Assembly: GCA_002633005.1 (NCBI GenBank)
Contig: NMRA01000536.1
Location: forward strand, 232,023-296,022
Source: Phoronis australis
Lineage: Eukaryota; Animalia; Phoronida
Length of the DNA stretch: 64,000 nt
Reading direction: 5' to 3'
The notes under the pieces are model-generated. The model had not been told where the DNA came from. It saw only the letters and a list, made by a program, of their open reading frames with translations, and searched no databases. Below are positions 14,301 through 64,000 of this stretch, one piece after another. Position numbers and translations under genes: made by a program. Position 1 is the first letter of the stretch, and each line of letters starts with the position of its first letter.

Positions 14301-15396
14301 TATGGCTGAAATCCTAGATGGCTGACGGGCATTCTGTTTTTTATGGTTGCATTCATCCTTCGTATTCATGCTTCGTCTACCAGTTGATGGAATGTTTTAT
14401 TAACTTGGGAGTTCTTTGGGTTCTAGTGTAATGTGTTTTCCTTCTTCTACAGTCAGGTAATTTATCTGAGGCCAGCCGTCAAATACATTCCTACCTTGCA
14501 GTGTTTTTTGCTTGAATTCTTTAATACATGGAATTGATATATAGCGTGTCTGCACTGCGTGTTTCTTGTACTGCGTTTGAGCATTGACTGTAGCATTGTA
14601 GGTTTTGAAAGTTTGGGATTACCCACTGTAGTTTTCTAGTGAACAGTTCAGTGGTATGTGTTTAGGTTTGGATTCTGAGGTATCCCACTAAGCTGTAAAC
14701 AGTTACTGGTTACTTTGGTATAATTTATGAATGCACCATGGTGATTTGTTTCGGTAAATGCAATAGGGATACTGGGTATGAAGTGAATAAAGTGTCAGAC
14801 TGTTCCCACAGACTAACTCACAGTTGTGAATATTTAATGAAGCCATTTTTGGCATTCTCTACAGGTATAAATTTATGCAGCCTTTAAACTGAAGCTCTCT
14901 TCTAGTGGAAGACTTCCTTCCCCAAACTTTGCTGTTGGCTTAGGGTTGATGCAGATCTTATCAAATACTCTACTTTTGGAATTACTTGGTTTTGCTCATT
15001 ACTTAGCAGAAAATTTGCATGCAGTACCATCATGGAGTTTCCATTTTTCCTATTGATCTTCATTTATTATCAAATTTGAATGGAATTTAAAATTCCTTTC
15101 CACTGCAAAGATGCACAGATACATTGCTTTGAAGGGACATTGATGATTTTACAGTTGCAAATGCATTTTTGGATTATTGTTCGACTGGATAGACTTCTTG
15201 AAGTTATTAGCTTTGACCAGAGTTATAAAGCATCAAAATCCATTGTTTCGTGTTTTTATTACAAATTTCCTGTTCTCGCTGTTGTCTATCAGGTATTTGC
15301 TGAAACCAAGGGTGGTGACTTGACCCCTCTGCCATATTATTGTTGGACTAGGACTTAATGGAAAGTATAACCAAGGTCTTTTATCTTTTTCTACAG

Positions 15397-15438
15397 GATT
15401 GACAATCATGTTGCCCTGAAGAATCAGATGCAGTTGCC
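15397..15438 (+). other. 5' UTR part of coding exon 1; implies at least one non-coding exon upstream (not located)
   Basis: Polypyrimidine tract plus cag acceptor precedes it; contains an in-frame stop and two upstream ATGs. Confidence 0.55.
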
Positions 15439-59282
<43,844 letters not shown>

Positions 59283-62200
59283 CTATTTGGTGGCACCATC
59301 TATTGGCAGATAGAGGAGGATAAGGAATACTATTGGCCACACAAAGTCAGATTGAACATTGTCATGTCTTGTTGGCCAACCTGATGGTTGAATACGTGAG
59401 ATTAATTGATTGGGAACTTTCTGCGTAGACAAAATGGTGCTTTAATGGTAACAAGGACATTGTTGGGCTAACTACATACATAGCCAGAAATCTTTGTGGT
59501 ATGTTGTCCTCATTGTGGAAATAACGAAACAATTCATGCATTCAGATATTTGACTGAAGCACTAGTGTTTTATACCTAGTGTTTTGTAAATAATGTACAT
59601 GAGATATTTTGCGTTCAAAGGTTTCCAGCCTGTAGAAGGAACGCTATTATAGGACATCAACAGTCAGATACTAAATGTTGCTATGTCATTCTTGCCTTGA
59701 TAGCTTGCTTTGGTTTTGTATTGTAATATAGGGTATATTTATTTGCTATGTACTTAGATGTTATATAGTTAAACCTTTGCATATCTTGCCAAAGCCAAAG
59801 ATCTGTCAAAATTCTCCTGAGTCAGGATGAAGAGGGTTATGTTTACTAACAAATTTGTTTGTTTTAAATTCTTGTGGTTTGGATTTTGTTGTTATATGGC
59901 ATAATACCTTTTGAAAAGTGCTGGTTTTTGTTGTTGCATTAATGGGTCTTCCCTGTATGTTCTCCTTAAGAAACCAGTTATGTCATTATTTGTTTTTAAC
60001 CTCAGTCAATTTTAAGTACATTTCAATGGAGTATTCTTGCCTTATTCTGGTTGATTTTTGTTGGCTTTGTTTTAAATAACTATTTTGTTTTAGATTGGTT
60101 TATGACTTGTTTAGTGATAAAGTTTATGATATTACAAAGTAGATAAGACTAGATTAGGTTTATTGGGGGTTTGCTTGGGTTTATTTCTGCAGTGTTGTTT
60201 TCAAGATATTTGCATAACATATTTTAGCTTTGAACTTTGATCTGTTGTTGTATCGCCCCTAGTGAAATTTAAGTTAAAGGAGAGGACAGATATTTTTTTG
60301 TTGCTTTTAATCTAAAACCGTGTTCTGATAATGTTCAATTGTTTCTGCACCCCACCCCCCCCGTTATTATCAAATTAAAGTCCAGAAATACCAGGCATTT
60401 TTTTTAATGTTTATTACGAAATCTTCAGAATACAATGAATATACATAACCCAGAAAGCGCCGAGAGGCATTAGATCCAGGCATTTATCACCCCAGAGGGA
60501 TCTATTAACTTTTGCCTGTGTTCAATTCCTAAGCACACCTGCTTTGATTGTTGTCCATTACTTGGCATGTGACTAGTGGGCAAGGAATTTTCGCTAGCAG
60601 TTGTCAACTTTCCCAATTGGGGAATTCTTTGTTCTTGGTTGCTATGCAACAGTTTGTTTCCTTAATCTTGGTATTTGTCGGGTCTCTGGCAGGGTGCAAA
60701 GTCAAAGCCACTACTGTACAATGCATGATTTTGTGTTGGTGTGGAAACTTTTGAACACGGTTGATTAATCGCGCCACATCTTTATCCAGGAAACAACGAA
60801 AGACCTCTATCGTCTTGTTCTTGAGCAAATTAAGGTGCTGGTGACAGTTAAATGCGTGTAATGTAACCCGTGTGCTGTGATGATATTGGAAAAAGTTAAC
60901 CGCGTTTGCTGTGCAGACTGATAAGTCTAGGCCCAGTATGCACCCGCTATGTCCTGTGTTAGGAGTTTAGTTCCTTTGCATAATATGACAATTTCTGTGT
61001 GCCGTCCATTGCCTTGAAGTTTGAAATGTGGGACCAATGAGAGTTTACTATTGTTGACACATTTTGGCACAGTGCTGTGTGATGTGTATTTATGGTTGCT
61101 GTCCTAACTGTTGCCTTTGAAGTAGTTGTCAGAATGCTCTTCACTAGTACTTATAGCATTTCGATCAGGTTGAGTTGATGAAAGTCGGGGTCAGGTCTGA
61201 AATAGTTTTCTAATTTATAATCTGGTCAGTTTCAGTCAAAGTAATTATACCTTCAACTTCACGCGCTAAAGGTGTTGCGCATATGCGTTCTGTTTCGGCC
61301 AACGCTTCCTGATCCAAGATTAGGCGCACGCGCCTATGTGCGAGCAACACTTAAAGTAAAGCAATACACACACTCGGTGGCTGAGTAAAATAAATGCTCA
61401 TGGTATTGAAATAGCGTTAGTGACATTGGTTTTATACGAGTTAGCTTTAAAACAATTTGAATGAAACGCACTGAAAGTTTACAAAAGCGCTGTAAGTAAA
61501 ATAGCCGACTTCGCCTATATGTGAAGTTTGGGCGCATGCGCCTGTATGCGAAACGCTTTGGCCAAAAATTCTTTTGATAAAGCCCATTGTTTCAGATATA
61601 GGCGCATGGGTCTCAATGCGGACATATCGTATATACAAACAAATCCATTTGATGCTCGTTATTTCGTCGGCGATTGAAAACCGAAGATGTCGTTATTATT
61701 TAAAGTTGCTTTGAACCTTTCGCAGTCGTTCGTATGATTTAGACCATTTGCTGTCTTACGATTGGTGAAAATTTCTTTACTCAAATGAGGTGTTTCTGTG
61801 ATTGGGATGGAGTGACGGTTCTTTAACTGCTTGAGACCAGCCTCCCGTTCAGTAACGCTAGACCTCGCTAAAAAGCAAGACTTCGCGAGATTACGTGAGA
61901 TATTGCCGTGTATTTTGAATGAGAGCACGTGACTTTGACTAGGTTTTAGCTAGGTCCTAGCGTCTACTGAACGCACGCCAGGTCTATACATACATGTACC
62001 TTCTCTTGGCGAGTCAATGTTTACCGAGCCCGTTCTCAAGCTCACATTTCATCTAACTGAAACCAGTATCAGCTTGATACCGCGACTGGTCTGTATCAAA
62101 AGTTAACCTTATACTAGAGACAAGTTTACTACGACTATAAACCCATCCTCTATCCGACCAATTGGAGTTGATTTCAGGGCTTCAAGAAACGACAGTTGGT

Positions 62201-63271
62201 TATTGTTCGAAACCGAAGCTAAATACGAAATGGGTTTTCAAGGCGTGTCATTTTATGCGCTGAGCAGTGTCAGTTGTTTGCAAACCCGGAAATTCTCGTC
62301 TGAGTAAAGACCAAGACTAAAACCAACTTTATAACTGCATGTGCGCTAAATCAAAAGTTCTTCTCTTGGGCATAGTGCGTGTTTATAGTCGCTTTAAATG
62401 TCGATGATTGTCAGTGTAGATGGTCTATTGGTTGGAAAGAAATGAGTCATGAAATCTGTTGCTGGAAAAGATCTGAATTGTAATTAATGTTAATGTGATT
62501 TTTACACTTCTTAGTTTAGGTTTGAAGACTGTATGTGCTTGTCTGATGTGGTGACTATATTGCCACAAGACTAACGAGGACTGCTATGTAATTAAGATAT
62601 ATTAATACATTATCTGTATTATTTTCTTGTCTTGTTTGTGCCGAAGTTGGTGCTAGTTTGAAAACCCGTGTTCCGAAACCGTGGCCGTGGATTGTATAAC
62701 GACAAAGAACCATCTGTCCGTGATTCCGTGCAGGCATGCAAGGGCGATTTCTTACCACTAGCGAAGGGAGAAAGGACAGTTGGTGACAACCAGAGATCTG
62801 ATCTCGGAATAGTGATTCCTAGCACGGATGTGTGACCAATAGGGTAGTGTTCAACAGTAGTACTTATAAGTTTGCTGACACAGTGTTGATGCATGTAAAA
62901 TACCACAGCATAATATTGTTGGAACATATAAAACTATGCTAAAATATGAGATATAAGTCTATAAAACTAAAGCTAACTAAGTGTTGGAGAGCAAATGACA
63001 AAAGCTTACTAATCGATGTCTGTGCATGGGCCTTAGTCATAGTGACAGTGCATACCAAAGACGCATTTAACCAAGATTCTTATGTAGGTGTTTTCATGCC
63101 CTCCAATCGAAAGGTAGGTCAGACGTCTGATTCGCCGTCGTCTGTAAAATCAGTGAGATGTGTTAATTACGCTCGCCACACGTCTGTTTTGCCGTACATG
63201 GCTTATTGTCGCCGTCGAGCCAATATTGGCCGAAAGAGCGAGGTGGTTTCAGGACAGGAGTTTAAGAGTGC

Positions 63272-63357
63272 ACTTATACGCCGTAAAATGTAGCAATTTC
63301 GTAAAACGTAACAGTTGTTACATTTTACGTCATTGCTACATTTTACGCGTATCAAGT
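63272..63357. repeat. About 85-bp near-perfect palindrome with tgttacattttacg subrepeats
   Basis: atacgccgtaaaatgtagcaatttcgtaaaacgtaaca-gt-tgttacattttacgtcattgctacattttacgcgtat; further units extend to about 63432. Confidence 0.8.
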
Positions 63358-64000
63358 TCTTACATTTTATGTAATTCTTACAATTTAGGTCGAATGCACA
63401 TGCGAGAAATGTACCATTGTTACATTTTACGAAAGTGACGTCATATTTCATGAGTTTGCATGGTATTTGTCACACGGAGGAAAACGGTTCATGCACTTAA
63501 CGCCCTCATTCTCGGATCGTTTGAATGAAATTCTATCAAGTGTGCCAGCTCGAATTTATAGATGTGTCCCTATGTGCTTTCCACTATTGTTTTAACTTGA
63601 GTAGTTTTATGGTATAGTCAAAAAATGTGCCCCGTACAGTTTCAGCTCCAGACGAAATGACTTTTCATGATCAGGTAACACGTTTTTATAATAAGCGGTC
63701 TTGGAATATCTTCTTGGCGCGAACAGGTCACACCCAATCGTGAGTCCGGCATTACAGTAACATACTTCCCTGAGTACCCTGAACAGAGACAATGACATCG
63801 TATTTTGCCTACTATTTATCGCATTTCTTCGGGAACAAACGACAATAAGATTTTTTTTACGGAGAATTCAATTTCGGAAGCCAATTTGGTAGAAAAAACT
63901 CCCGTTTTAGTCCCAGATTCCATTTGGCATTATGGGGGTGCGAATGTCGACGTGCAAAATCCTGGCTAACATTCTGCCCTGGCCCCCCTAACTCAAAATC

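Noticed and set aside
14453-14456. 4-nt microexon (ttctacag|tcag|gtaatt) upstream of exon 1
   Set aside because: It would be in the UTR with no phase test available, and such motifs arise by chance.
59283-61400. Polyadenylation site of gli
   Set aside because: ATTAAA near 60374 and AATAAA near 61389 are candidates, but neither can be chosen without transcript data.

Overview
AT-rich animal (invertebrate) genomic DNA, not prokaryotic. The window is dominated by one multi-exon gene on the + strand encoding a GLI/Cubitus interruptus Hedgehog-pathway zinc-finger transcription factor. I assembled 16 coding exons by eye (15439..59282). All have GT-AG boundaries and compatible phases, giving 4512 nt or about 1503 aa. 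The protein has the HEGRYH motif, the SYGHL SUFU-binding motif, five C2H2 fingers, a PKA/CK1/GSK3 cluster, polyQ tracts and the conserved C-terminal activation motif. Finger-flanking residues are Ci-like (protostome type); a lophotrochozoan source is my inference. The introns and flanks hold many non-autonomous DNA transposons, including a hAT-like MITE nested in a Harbinger-like MITE (both with target-site duplications) and a Helentron/HINE-like element. There is also a 62-bp minisatellite and two duplications around single-N gaps that look like assembly artefacts. The most interesting unexplained signal is a set of RFX X-box-like palindromes across the gene. One overlaps the start codon, one sits beside GLI-like sites, and two lie just upstream of a strong splice donor in intron 5 that my model does not use (possible internal promoter or microexon). 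Nearly all short ORFs in the supplied track are noise. I found no rRNA, tRNA or CRISPR, and no clearly novel multi-gene system.
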